Shown here in pieces: positions 1 through 8,295 of a stretch of DNA of 35,179 bases (its first letter is position 1; every line of letters begins with the position of its first letter). Both the position numbers and the translations under genes were made by a program. This DNA is from Thermoanaerobaculia bacterium. Its GTDB lineage: Bacteria > Acidobacteriota > Thermoanaerobaculia > Gp7-AA8. Below the pieces are notes generated by a model. The model was given only the letters and a program-made list of their open reading frames with translations, was not told where the DNA came from and did no database searches. The stretch lies in contig JBHEOL010000099.1 in the NCBI GenBank assembly GCA_046261635.1, positions 1-35,179 on the forward strand, read 5' to 3'.

Positions 1-49
1 TGCCCTAGCGGGGAACAGAATGGGGTGGGCCGCTTCGGGCATCCGCGGA

Positions 50-79
50 TTCGTAATTTTCGAGTCCGATCCGTATAAT
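50..79 (+). promoter_or_regulatory. candidate sigma70-type promoter for the lpd / 2-oxoacid dehydrogenase operon
   Basis: TTCGTA (50-55), 18-nt spacer, TATAAT (74-79), about 80 nt upstream of the preferred lpd start. It lies inside the over-long N-terminus given in the ORF track. Confidence 0.3.
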
Positions 80-157
80 GCGGCCCCTCGCGCGAGTGGA
101 AGCCGGCCATCATCGGTCCCCAGGGGTCGGCGCGCGAAACCCACCGGAGGTGCCTTC

Positions 158-1561
158 TTGGCAGAAACTCAGTACGACCTGATCGTCATCGGCAGCGGAC
201 CGGGCGGATATGTCGCCGGAATTCGCGCAGGACAGCTCGGCCTCAAGGTCGCCGTCATCGAAAAAGACCCGTTCGTGGGAGGGACCTGCCTTCACCGCGG
301 ATGCATCCCGACGAAGGCGCTGCTCGAGAACGCCGAAATCTGGCACAAGATTCAGAAATCGAAGGAGTTCGGCATCACGGTGGGCGATGTGAAGCTCGAC
401 TTCAACGTCGTCCAGGAGCGGAAGCAGTCGGTCGTCGACAAGAACGCCAAAGGCGTCGAGTTTCTCTTCAAGAAGAACAAGGTCGAGCGGATCCAGGGGT
501 TCGGCCGGCTCGCCGGGAAGAACACGGTCGAGGTCGAAGGCGAAGACGGGAAGAAGACGAAGCTGACGACGAAGAACATTCTGCTCGCCACGGGCTCGGT
601 GCCGAAGGACCTGCCGCACATCAAGTCGGACGGGAAGAAGATCATCAACTCGGACCACATTCTGAATCTGCAGCACGTGCCGAAGTCGATGCTGGTGATC
701 GGCGCCGGTGCGGTCGGCTGCGAGTTCGCCTCGATCTTCCACAGCTTCGGAACCGAAGTGACCATCGTCGAGGTCCTTCCCCAGCTGCTTCCAATCGAGG
801 ACGCGGACATCTCGAAGGAGTTCACCCGCCTCTACAAGAAGCGCGGCATCACCGTCATGACCGATGTGAAGGTCGAGAGCTGCACGCCGACCGAAAACGG
901 GGTCAAGACCGTGGTCGCGCTCAAGAACGGCAAGCAGCAGGAGATCGAGACCGAGCTGGTGCTCTCCGCGACGGGGCGCCGCCCGGTGACTGAGAACATC
1001 GGCCTCGACGGTACGAAAGTGAAGACCGACCGGGGATTCGTGCTGGTCGATCCCTACATGAAGACCGACGAACCGGGCGTGTGGGCCATCGGTGACATCG
1101 TACCGACCCCCGCTCTCGCTCACGTCGCGTCGGCCGAGGGGATTCTCGCGGTCGAGCAGATGGCCGGGCTCGAAGTGAAACCGATCAACTACAACCATGT
1201 GCCGAACGCCACCTACAGCGATCCGGAAGTCGCTTCCGTCGGGCTGAGCGAGGCGAAGGCGAAAGAGCAGGGCTACGATGTGAAGGTCGGCAAGTTCCCC
1301 TTCACCGCGAACGCGAAGGCGAAGATCATCGGCGCTTCCGGCGGCCTGGTGAAATTCGTCTCGGAGGCGAAGTACGACGAGCTTCTCGGCGTCCACATCG
1401 TCGGCCCCAAGGCGACCGAGCTGATCGCGGAAGCATGCGTTGCCCTGAGCCTCGAGGCGACGGCCGAGTCGATCGCGAAGACGATCCACGCGCACCCGAC
1501 GCTTTCGGAGGCGATGATGGAAGCTGGCGAAGACGTTCACGGCCATTCGATTCACCAGTAA
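158..1561 (+). CDS. lpdA: dihydrolipoyl dehydrogenase (E3 component)
   Basis: FAD fold YDLIVIGSGPGGY, redox disulfide GGTCLHRGCIPTK, NAD fold VIGAGAVGCEF, C-terminal HAHPTLSEA. Start moved from 20 to in-frame TTG 158, which has GGAGG at 146-150 (7-nt spacer) and gives the usual short N-terminus before the FAD fold. Confidence 0.93.
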   Translation: MAETQYDLIVIGSGPGGYVAGIRAGQLGLKVAVIEKDPFVGGTCLHRGCIPTKALLENAEIWHKIQKSKEFGITVGDVKLDFNVVQERKQSVVDKNAKGVEFLFKKNKVERIQGFGRLAGKNTVEVEGEDGKKTKLTTKNILLATGSVPKDLPHIKSDGKKIINSDHILNLQHVPKSMLVIGAGAVGCEFASIFHSFGTEVTIVEVLPQLLPIEDADISKEFTRLYKKRGITVMTDVKVESCTPTENGVKTVVALKNGKQQEIETELVLSATGRRPVTENIGLDGTKVKTDRGFVLVDPYMKTDEPGVWAIGDIVPTPALAHVASAEGILAVEQMAGLEVKPINYNHVPNATYSDPEVASVGLSEAKAKEQGYDVKVGKFPFTANAKAKIIGASGGLVKFVSEAKYDELLGVHIVGPKATELIAEACVALSLEATAESIAKTIHAHPTLSEAMMEAGEDVHGHSIHQ

Positions 1562-1674
1562 GCACACCGAATTGAGGTCGCTGGCCGGCCGGGCTGGCGA
1601 CCGAAAACCGCACCCGTCGGAGCGGAAGCGACCGCTTTCACTCCGGAATTGACCTCAGGAGAGGATTTCACCGC

Positions 1675-2716
1675 TTGACGCAACAGCCTAACCAGGAAGA
1701 GGGCGGAGCACTCAGCCGCGACCAGCTCCTCGACATCGCCCATCACCTCAGAATGACGCGCTCACTCGAGGAGCGCATCGTCGCGCTCTTCCGCCAGTCG
1801 AAGGGTCATCGGCGGGATCTACCGCTCCCTCGGCCAGGAAGCCGAAAGCGTCGCCTCCGCGTACGCCCTCGACTTCGCCGCGGGCGACGTCGTCTCCCCC
1901 CTGATCCGGAACCTCGGTTCGATCATGGTCGCCGGGTTCACCCCGGTCGAAGTGCTCCGCCAGTACATGGCGAAGGGGAACTCGCTCTGTCGCGGCCGCG
2001 ACCTGAACAACCATTGGGCCGACCTCGATCGCGGTTTCATCGGCCCGATCTCGATGCTCGGCGACATGGTTCCCGTCGTGGCCGGGATCACCCTGGCGGG
2101 AAGAATGAAGAAGAAGAACATCGTCGGGATGGTCTACGTCGGCGACGGGGCCTCCTCGACGGGAGCATTCGCCGAGGGGATCAACTTCGCCGCGGTCCAG
2201 CGTCTCCCTCTCGTGATCGTGATCGAAGACAACGGCTATGCGTACTCGACCCCGACGTACAAGCAGACCGCGGCGCGCACTCTCGCGGACAAGGCGGTCG
2301 GCTACGGTTGCTGGGGCGAGACCGTCGACGGCAACGACGTGTTCGCCGTCTACGACGCGTCGCGCCGCGCCGTCGATCGCGCGCGAAACGGCGGAGGCGT
2401 CACCCTGCTGGAGGTCAAGACCTTCCGGATGAAGGGTCACGCCGAGCACGACAACCAGTCGTACGTCCCCCCCGAGGTCCTCGAGGAGTGGCGTCAGAAG
2501 GACCCGATCGACCGCTACGAGAAGCTGCTCATCGCCGCGGGCCACGCCACGCGCGAGGAGCTCGATGCGATCCAGGCGAGGGTCCGCGAGGAGCTCGACC
2601 GCGCTGTCGAGGAAGCCGAGGCCTCCCCCATGCCGCTTCCCGAGGAAGCGCAGTACGGCGTCTACGCGGGCGACGGGTACTGGGACAATCCACCCCTCTG
2701 TGAGACCAGGCGATGA
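1675..2716 (+). pseudogene. TPP-dependent 2-oxoacid dehydrogenase E1 alpha subunit, interrupted by an apparent 1-nt frameshift near 1803
   Basis: The N-terminus (LDIAHHLRMTRSLEERIVALFRQSK) is in the frame of TTG 1675, with AGGAGAGG upstream. The remainder (VIGGIYRSLGQEAESVA ... VYVGDGASSTGAFAEGINFAAVQRLPLVIVIEDNGYA ... to stop 2714-2716) is in the +1 frame. The join lies within AAGGGTC at 1801-1807. This could be a sequencing or assembly indel rather than a true pseudogene. Confidence 0.75.
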
Positions 2717-3708
2717 CGACGGGACCGGCCTTCGACCAGGAAGTCACGTACCTCGAAGCCATCCGCCAGGCCATGTGGGAGGAGATGGAGCGCGATCCCG
2801 CGGTGTTCCTGATCGGCGAGGACGTCGGCCAGTATGGTGGCGCGTTCCGGACGAGCGCAGGGCTGATCGACCATTTCGGAGCCGGTCGTGTGATCGACAC
2901 CCCGATCGCGGAAGCGGCGATCGTCGGCGCAGCCGCGGGCGCCGCCATGGCGGGGATGCGGCCGATCGCCGAGATGCAGTTCATCGACTTCATCTCCTGC
3001 GCGTTCGACATGTTGACCAATCTCGCGGCGACCCAGAGATACCGCACAGGTATCGGTGTGCCGATGGTCGTGCGCGGCCCCTCGGGCGGAGGCGTCCACG
3101 GCGGTCCGTTTCACTCGCTCAACCCCGAAGCGTTCTTCATGAACACGCCCGGCCTGAAGATCGTCACTCCCAGCACGGCCTACGATGCGAAGGCACTGCT
3201 CAAGGCCGCCATCCGCGACGACGACCCGGTCATCTACATCGAGCACAAGTACCTCTATCGCCGCATCAAGGAGCATCTCCCGGAGAAGGACTACACCGTC
3301 CCGATCGGGAAGGCGGCGATTCGTCGCGAGGGAAAGGACCTGACGATCATCACCTGGGGCGCGATGGTCTACACCGCGATGGAGGCGGCCGAGGACCTGG
3401 CGCGCGACGGCGCGAGCATCGAAGTGCTCGACCTCCGGTCGCTTCTCCCCTACGACGAGGAGGCGATTCTCAATTCGGTGGCAAAGACCAACAGGGCAAT
3501 CGTCCTCCACGAAGCCACCCTCACGGGCGGGGTCGGTGGGGAATTTGCAGCCGTAATCGCCGACAAAGCGTTCGACTACCTCGACGCCCCGGTTCGCCGG
3601 GTCGCGTCGATCGACAGCCCCGTTCCGTATTCGCCACCGCTCGAGAGCTTTTTCCTTCCGAATAAGGATAAAGTTCTGGCGGCGGCGCGAGATCTGCTCG
3701 CGTATTGA
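2713..3708 (+). CDS. 2-oxoacid dehydrogenase E1 beta subunit
   Basis: Transketolase-like pyrimidine-binding and C-terminal domains (FLIGEDVGQYGGAFRTS, IDTPIAEAAIVG, EMQFIDF, ITWGAMV). ATGA overlap with the E1 alpha stop. Confidence 0.93.
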   Translation: MTTGPAFDQEVTYLEAIRQAMWEEMERDPAVFLIGEDVGQYGGAFRTSAGLIDHFGAGRVIDTPIAEAAIVGAAAGAAMAGMRPIAEMQFIDFISCAFDMLTNLAATQRYRTGIGVPMVVRGPSGGGVHGGPFHSLNPEAFFMNTPGLKIVTPSTAYDAKALLKAAIRDDDPVIYIEHKYLYRRIKEHLPEKDYTVPIGKAAIRREGKDLTIITWGAMVYTAMEAAEDLARDGASIEVLDLRSLLPYDEEAILNSVAKTNRAIVLHEATLTGGVGGEFAAVIADKAFDYLDAPVRRVASIDSPVPYSPPLESFFLPNKDKVLAAARDLLAY

Positions 3709-3749
3709 CTTCAGCGGCCCCGCTGCCGTGATCGAGAGGAAAGCCGACC

Positions 3750-5123
3750 ATGCCAACCGATGTCGTCATGCCCCAGATGGGTGAGTCGATCGCCGAAGGA
3801 ACCGTGACCCGCTGGATCAAGCAGGTCGGGGACCGGGTCGAGCGCGACGAGCCCCTGTTCGAGATCTCCACCGACAAGGTGGATGCCGAGATTCCCTCCC
3901 CCTCCGCGGGAACGCTGGTCGAAGTGCTGGCGAAGGAAGGGGACACGGTCGCCGTGAACTCCATCGTGGCCCGCATCTCGGCCGAGGGTGAGGCGTCCGC
4001 GCCGGCCCCCGCCGCCGAGGAGAAGCCTCCTGCCGTGGAAGAGCCCCCGACGCAGGAGCCGGCCCAAGAGGATCCGAAGCCGGCGGAGAAGCCGCGCGAG
4101 GAACCGAAGCCGGAACCCGAGCCGCGTCAGGCGCCTCCGCCGGCGAAACCCGCCGAGGAAGGGTCATCCGGCGCCGATTCGCTCGATGAGCGCCGCCGGT
4201 CGAAATCCTCGCCCCTCGTCCGCAAGATCGCGGAAGAGAATGACGTCGACATCTCTCAGATCGAAGGAACCGGCGTCTCCGGCCGCGTGACCAAGCAGGA
4301 CATTCTCGACTACATCGAGAAGCCGCGTGCCGCCGCACAGGCGCCGGCGCAGCGTGGGACGCAGCAGGCGGGGGCGGCCCCCTCCGGCAGTCCGAAGGAG
4401 CAGCGTCCGACGTTCTCGCCTGGCGAGAAGGTCCACGTCGAGCCGATGTCGGTGATGCGCAGGAAGATCGCCGACCACATGATCATGTCGCGCCGCACTT
4501 CGGCGCACGTGTCCACGGTCTTCGAAGTCGACTTCACGAACGTCGATAAGCTCCGCAAGCAGCACAAGGCCGCCTATCAGGAGAAGGGCGTCAACCTCAC
4601 CTTCCTCCCGTTCATCGTCGATGCCGTCGTGAGCGGCCTCCGCGACTGGCCGATCCTCAATGCGTCGATCGACGGCGACAACGTCGTTTACAAGCAGGAC
4701 ATCAACGTCGGCATCGCCGTCGCCCTCGACTGGGGACTGATCGTTCCGGTCGTCAAGCAGGCCGACGAGAAGAACATCCTCGGGCTCTCGCGCACGATCA
4801 ACGACCTCGGCGAGAGGGCGCGGACCAAGAAGCTCAACCCCGATGACGTGCAGGGCGGGACGTTCACGATCACCAACCCCGGGATCTTCGGCGGGCTCTT
4901 CGGGCTGCCGATCATCAACCAGCCGCAGGTCGCGATCCTCGGCGTCGGCGGCATCAAGAAGCGCCCGATGGTCATCGAGACCGAAGCGGGAGACTCGATC
5001 GCCATCCGCTCGATGGCGTACCTTTCGCTGACCTTCGACCATCGCCTCGTCGACGGCGCCGTCGCCGACCAGTTCATGGCAAAGGTCCGCAGCGTCATCG
5101 AGACCGCCGACTTCGCGCTGTAG
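3750..5123 (+). CDS. dihydrolipoamide acyltransferase (E2 component), single lipoyl domain
   Basis: Lipoyl domain with EISTDKVDAEIPSP, Ala/Pro/Glu-rich linker, peripheral-subunit-binding domain (SPLVRKIAEENDVDISQIEGTGVSGRVTKQDI), and catalytic domain with FDHRLVDG. The gene order lpd-E1a-E1b-E2 matches the Bacillus bkd arrangement, so a branched-chain specificity is plausible but not proven. Confidence 0.93.
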   Translation: MPTDVVMPQMGESIAEGTVTRWIKQVGDRVERDEPLFEISTDKVDAEIPSPSAGTLVEVLAKEGDTVAVNSIVARISAEGEASAPAPAAEEKPPAVEEPPTQEPAQEDPKPAEKPREEPKPEPEPRQAPPPAKPAEEGSSGADSLDERRRSKSSPLVRKIAEENDVDISQIEGTGVSGRVTKQDILDYIEKPRAAAQAPAQRGTQQAGAAPSGSPKEQRPTFSPGEKVHVEPMSVMRRKIADHMIMSRRTSAHVSTVFEVDFTNVDKLRKQHKAAYQEKGVNLTFLPFIVDAVVSGLRDWPILNASIDGDNVVYKQDINVGIAVALDWGLIVPVVKQADEKNILGLSRTINDLGERARTKKLNPDDVQGGTFTITNPGIFGGLFGLPIINQPQVAILGVGGIKKRPMVIETEAGDSIAIRSMAYLSLTFDHRLVDGAVADQFMAKVRSVIETADFAL

Positions 5124-5129
5124 GAGGGG

Positions 5130-5164
5130 CCATGTGGCCGCGGATCCTTTCCGCGGCCACATGG
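5130..5164. repeat. perfect 15-bp stem hairpin (REP-like, GGCCGCGG core), possible operon-end hairpin
   Basis: CCATGTGGCCGCGGA (5130-5144), loop TCCTT, TCCGCGGCCACATGG (5150-5164). It begins 7 nt after the E2 stop. There is no T tract. Confidence 0.8.
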
Positions 5165-5188
5165 GCACCGCTCGGAGCGCTTGTTCCC

Positions 5189-5217
5189 GGCCGGGGTTGT
5201 GAAGCTCAACCCCGGCC
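5189..5217. repeat. perfect 11-bp stem hairpin
   Basis: GGCCGGGGTTG (5189-5199), loop TGAAGCT, CAACCCCGGCC (5207-5217). Confidence 0.75.
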
Positions 5218-5263
5218 ACGAACGCCTTCGCACGATGCTCCCAACGGTTATGCTTCGTCCCGT

Positions 5264-5299
5264 GATCCGGCCGCGGTAAAGAACCGCGGCCACAGGATC
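5264..5299. repeat. REP-like hairpin, GGCCGCGG core
   Basis: GGCCGCGGT (5269-5277), loop AAAGA, ACCGCGGCC (5283-5291). Extended by GATCC (5264-5268) pairing with GGATC (5295-5299) across a 3-nt bulge. Confidence 0.75.
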
Positions 5300-5341
5300 T
5301 CGAGGAATCTTCCCCTTCTGCTTGCGATTGACCCCCTCGAC

Positions 5342-6019
5342 GTGCTGACGACACTCCTCATCGCCGCGTGGCTCGCTCTGGTCTGCGGCGTCATTCCGGT
5401 CCTGGCCTGGATCAGCAAGCGGAAAATCGACCAGGGACTGCGGATTCCGAGACGGGCGATCTACGCGGAGGCGTTCGTACTCCAGATCCTGCTGCTGGCG
5501 ATCTCGCTCGGCGTCGCGTTCTTTCTCGGAATCCGGCTTTTTCCTTCCAGGCTTCCGAGCGCCGCGGACCTGTTGATGGCCGCCGCCGTACTCGGCATCG
5601 CGCTCTCCGCGATGGTCCTCGGCTGGCGGTTCGCCCCTGAGCGGTCGAGGGAACGAATCCGAATGCTCCTTCCCGTGACGGGAAGTGAGAGGCTCGCGTG
5701 GGTGGCCGTCTCCGCAGCCGCAGCCGTCAGCGAAGAGACGCTCTACCGCGGGCTCCTTCCTCTCGTCATCGAAGGACTGTCCGGATCGTTCGCACTGGCG
5801 ATCGCGATCAGTGTCCTCGCCTTCGCCCTCGCTCATCTGCTTCAGGGTTGGACGAGCGCACTCGTCGTCGGCATTTTCGCCGTGGCTTTTCACGGGCTCG
5901 TCGTATCGTCCGGAGCGCTCTGGACCGCGATCGCCGTTCACTTCCTGTACGATCTTCTCGCCGGACTGACCCTCGGCAGGATCATCGAATCTCCGGAGAC
6001 CATCCATGCGGAAGTGTGA
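5342..6019 (+). CDS. CPBP family intramembrane glutamic endopeptidase (CAAX protease-like)
   Basis: Multi-TM protein with EETLYRG, FALAHLLQG and HFLYD motifs. The ORF-track start at 5132 runs through three strong hairpins, so GTG 5342, the first in-frame start after them, is preferred. The start remains uncertain. The 3' end overlaps lipB by 14 nt. Confidence 0.75.
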   Translation: MLTTLLIAAWLALVCGVIPVLAWISKRKIDQGLRIPRRAIYAEAFVLQILLLAISLGVAFFLGIRLFPSRLPSAADLLMAAAVLGIALSAMVLGWRFAPERSRERIRMLLPVTGSERLAWVAVSAAAAVSEETLYRGLLPLVIEGLSGSFALAIAISVLAFALAHLLQGWTSALVVGIFAVAFHGLVVSSGALWTAIAVHFLYDLLAGLTLGRIIESPETIHAEV

Positions 6020-7136
6020 TCTGAGACGCCTCCATCTCGTCACCTACGAGAACGGGATGGCGATGCAGGAGACGCTGGTCGCCATGAGGCAGCGAGGGGA
6101 TATCGAGGATCAACTCCTCCTGCTCGAGCACACTCCGGTGATCACGCTCGGCAGGGGCGGCGACGAGGGGAACCTCCTCTCGAGCCGTGAGATGCTCGCG
6201 CGGGAGGGTGTCCGCTATTTCGAAACGACGCGCGGCGGCGATATCACCTACCACGGTCCCGGACAGCTCGTCGGCTACCCCATCCTCCACCTCGGCGAGG
6301 GAAGCCGCGACGTTCGGAAATACGTCACCAGCCTCGAAGAGGCCGTCATCCGGACGCTCGCGCATTGGGGCATCACCGCCGATCGATCCGAGGGACAACG
6401 TGGAGTCTGGGTCGGCAACGAGAAGGTGGCCGCGATCGGCGTCCGCGTTGCGAGGTGGGTCACCTGCCACGGCTTCGCCCTCAACGTGACAACGAACCTG
6501 GAGCACTTCGATTTCATCACTCCCTGCGGAATCCGCGGGAAGGGCGTGACATCACTCGAAAAACTCCTCGGAAAGGCCCCCTCGATGGACGAGGTGGCGG
6601 AGGTGTTCGCGCGTCACTTCTCCGAGATCTTCGACCGCGAGCTGCGGCCGGCGTCGCACGCGATCCGGCTCGTCAAAGTCGTTCCCCACGACGGCTCCGA
6701 GGTTCTTCTGCTCCACCGAACCGCCGAGCGCGGCGAGTTCTGGCAGCCCGTGACCGGACGGATCGAGCCGGGTGAAGAGCCGGAGGCCGCGGCCCATCGC
6801 GAGCTGCTCGAGGAGACGGGATTCGACCTTCCGGTCGAGCCGCTCGGCCTCAGACAGTCCTTCCTCATCGACCGCGCCTTTCTCCCCGATTCGAGCGAGC
6901 CGCTCCTGTTCGTCGACGAGATCGCTTATGCCGCCAGCGCACAACCGGGCGCGACGGTACGCATCCAGCCGGAAGAGCACACCGAGTCGGGATGGTTTAC
7001 GTTCGAGCGGGCGTATGAAACCATCCGCTGGAGCGACGACCGCGAGGCGCTCGAGCGGCTCGAGCGCCGGCTCGACGCTCGCGAGACGGCTCCGGCCACG
7101 GTTGGTGAAGCCAAACCGTGGCCACACTCATCATGA
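6006..7136 (+). CDS. lipB: octanoyltransferase LipB fused to a C-terminal Nudix hydrolase domain
   Basis: LipB part, about aa 1-215: LLLLEHTPVITLGRGG, TRGGDITYHGPGQLVGYPI, NEKVAAIGVRV, ITPCGI. Nudix part, about aa 217-376, carries a canonical Nudix box GRIEPGEEPEAAAHRELLEETGF at 6756-6824, preceded by EFWQPVTG. Confidence 0.9.
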   Translation: MRKCDLRRLHLVTYENGMAMQETLVAMRQRGDIEDQLLLLEHTPVITLGRGGDEGNLLSSREMLAREGVRYFETTRGGDITYHGPGQLVGYPILHLGEGSRDVRKYVTSLEEAVIRTLAHWGITADRSEGQRGVWVGNEKVAAIGVRVARWVTCHGFALNVTTNLEHFDFITPCGIRGKGVTSLEKLLGKAPSMDEVAEVFARHFSEIFDRELRPASHAIRLVKVVPHDGSEVLLLHRTAERGEFWQPVTGRIEPGEEPEAAAHRELLEETGFDLPVEPLGLRQSFLIDRAFLPDSSEPLLFVDEIAYAASAQPGATVRIQPEEHTESGWFTFERAYETIRWSDDREALERLERRLDARETAPATVGEAKPWPHSS

Positions 7137-8032
7137 TCAACAAACGCGCAGGCGAGCGTCCCTCGTGGCTCAAGATCCGCCTTCCCGGCGACATCGAGAA
7201 GCTTCCCGTGACCGCGATGGTCCGCGACCTCGGTCTCAACACGGTCTGCCAGGAAGCCCGCTGCCCGAACATCTACGAGTGCTGGAGCGCCGGGACGGCG
7301 ACCTTCATGATCCTCGGCGACACCTGTACCCGCCGCTGCACGTTCTGCGCGGTCGGCAAGGGCGAGCCGCTTCCCCCCGACCCGCTCGAACCCGAGAAGG
7401 TCGCCGAGGCGGTCGCGAAGATGGGCGTGAAGCACTGCGTGATCACGACCGTGAACCGCGATGACCTCGCCGACGGCGGCGCGGCGCACTTCGCGCGGAC
7501 GATCGAGCAGGTTCGGACGAAAGCGGGAGCCTCCGTCGAGGTCCTCATCTCCGATCTCGGCGGCAATCGCGAAGCGCTCCGCACCATCCTGGCGGCCCGC
7601 CCCGAGGTGCTCGCGCACAATATCGAGACGGTGCCCGGACTCTACCTGCAGGTGAGGCCTGGATCGAAGTACGACCGATCCCTCGAAGTTCTCCGCTGGG
7701 CGAAGGAGGAGGGTCACGATGGGATGTACACGAAGTCGAGCCTGATGCTTGGTCTCGGGGAGTCGGAGGAAGAGATCTTCCGGGTCGTGGCGGACCTGCG
7801 TGCGCAGGGGGTCGACATCTTCACGCTCGGGCAGTATCTCGCCCCCTCGGAGAGAAACCATCCGGTGCGGAAGTACTACACGCCACAGGAGTTCGCCGAC
7901 CTCGGACAGCGGGCGAAGGATCTCGGCTTCCACCACGTCGAATCAGGTCCGCTGGTCCGCAGTTCCTATATGGCCCATCGTGCCGTAGAATCCACCGCCG
8001 GGACGGTGCATGCCGAAGATCACGTTCGCTGA
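7133..8032 (+). CDS. lipA: lipoyl synthase (radical SAM)
   Basis: Auxiliary-cluster motif CQEARCPNIYEC (Cx4Cx5C), radical-SAM CTRRCTFC, C-terminal RSSY. ATG 7133 forms an ATGA overlap with the lipB-Nudix stop. An in-frame GTG at 7118 is the alternative start. Confidence 0.95.
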   Translation: MINKRAGERPSWLKIRLPGDIEKLPVTAMVRDLGLNTVCQEARCPNIYECWSAGTATFMILGDTCTRRCTFCAVGKGEPLPPDPLEPEKVAEAVAKMGVKHCVITTVNRDDLADGGAAHFARTIEQVRTKAGASVEVLISDLGGNREALRTILAARPEVLAHNIETVPGLYLQVRPGSKYDRSLEVLRWAKEEGHDGMYTKSSLMLGLGESEEEIFRVVADLRAQGVDIFTLGQYLAPSERNHPVRKYYTPQEFADLGQRAKDLGFHHVESGPLVRSSYMAHRAVESTAGTVHAEDHVR

Positions 8033-8288
8033 CGAGGGTCGAACCGAGGATCACGACGGATCGAAGACGCTGCTCCAGATCGCCATGGCGCTCGGCATCC
8101 GGGTCAGCCATGTCTGCGGCGGGGACGGCGCATGCGGAACCTGCCGCATCGAAGTGGTGGAGGGCTGGGATCATCTGACCCCACCGACGCCTGACGAGAT
8201 TTACAAAGAGCTCGAGGCTCCCTATCGCCTCAGCTGCCAGTGCAGAATGCTGGGGGACGTGGTCGTCCGCGTCGCCCCGATCGAGTGA
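8010..8288 (+). CDS. 2Fe-2S ferredoxin
   Basis: 92 aa with CGGDGACGTCRIEV (Cx5Cx2C) plus distal SCQC. Overlaps the lipA 3' end by 23 nt. Confidence 0.85.
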   Translation: MPKITFADEGRTEDHDGSKTLLQIAMALGIRVSHVCGGDGACGTCRIEVVEGWDHLTPPTPDEIYKELEAPYRLSCQCRMLGDVVVRVAPIE

Positions 8289-8295
8289 GGAACCG

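Noticed and set aside
20-157. N-terminal 46-codon extension of lpdA from the ORF-track start
   Set aside because: The extension is Arg/Pro/Ser-rich and precedes the FAD fold by far more than is usual. A TTG with a GGAGG site at the proper spacing sits at 158, and a TATAAT box lies inside the extension.
110-1567. 485-aa antisense ORF opposite lpdA. Similar long antisense or out-of-frame ORFs occur elsewhere, for example 4164-5354(-), 4688-6043(-), 11252-12664(-), 13995-15380(-), 16368-18143(-), 18517-19683(-), 21539-22825(-), 26059-27936(+) and 28386-30125(+).
   Set aside because: Their translations are Arg/Gly/Pro/Asp/His-rich low-complexity strings with no recognisable motif. Each lies exactly opposite or out of frame with a gene that has strong family signatures. 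Such shadow ORFs are expected in high-GC DNA.
1795-1810. Programmed +1 ribosomal frameshift in E1 alpha
   Set aside because: There is no slippery motif, no rare or stop codon in the zero frame at the site, and no obvious stimulatory SD or downstream structure. A 1-nt indel in a G run is the simpler explanation.
1675-2703. 342-aa ORF read straight through in the first frame as a real protein
   Set aside because: After residue 43 the translation becomes an Arg/Pro/Gly string (HRRDLPLPRPGSRKRR…), while the +1 frame encodes a complete E1 alpha. The open frame is a GC artefact.
5132-5341. ORF-track N-terminus of the CPBP protease (start 5132)
   Set aside because: The ATG lies inside a 15-bp perfect hairpin and the next 200 nt contain two more perfect hairpins. 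The translated segment is non-membrane, Pro/Arg-rich and unlike CPBP N-termini.
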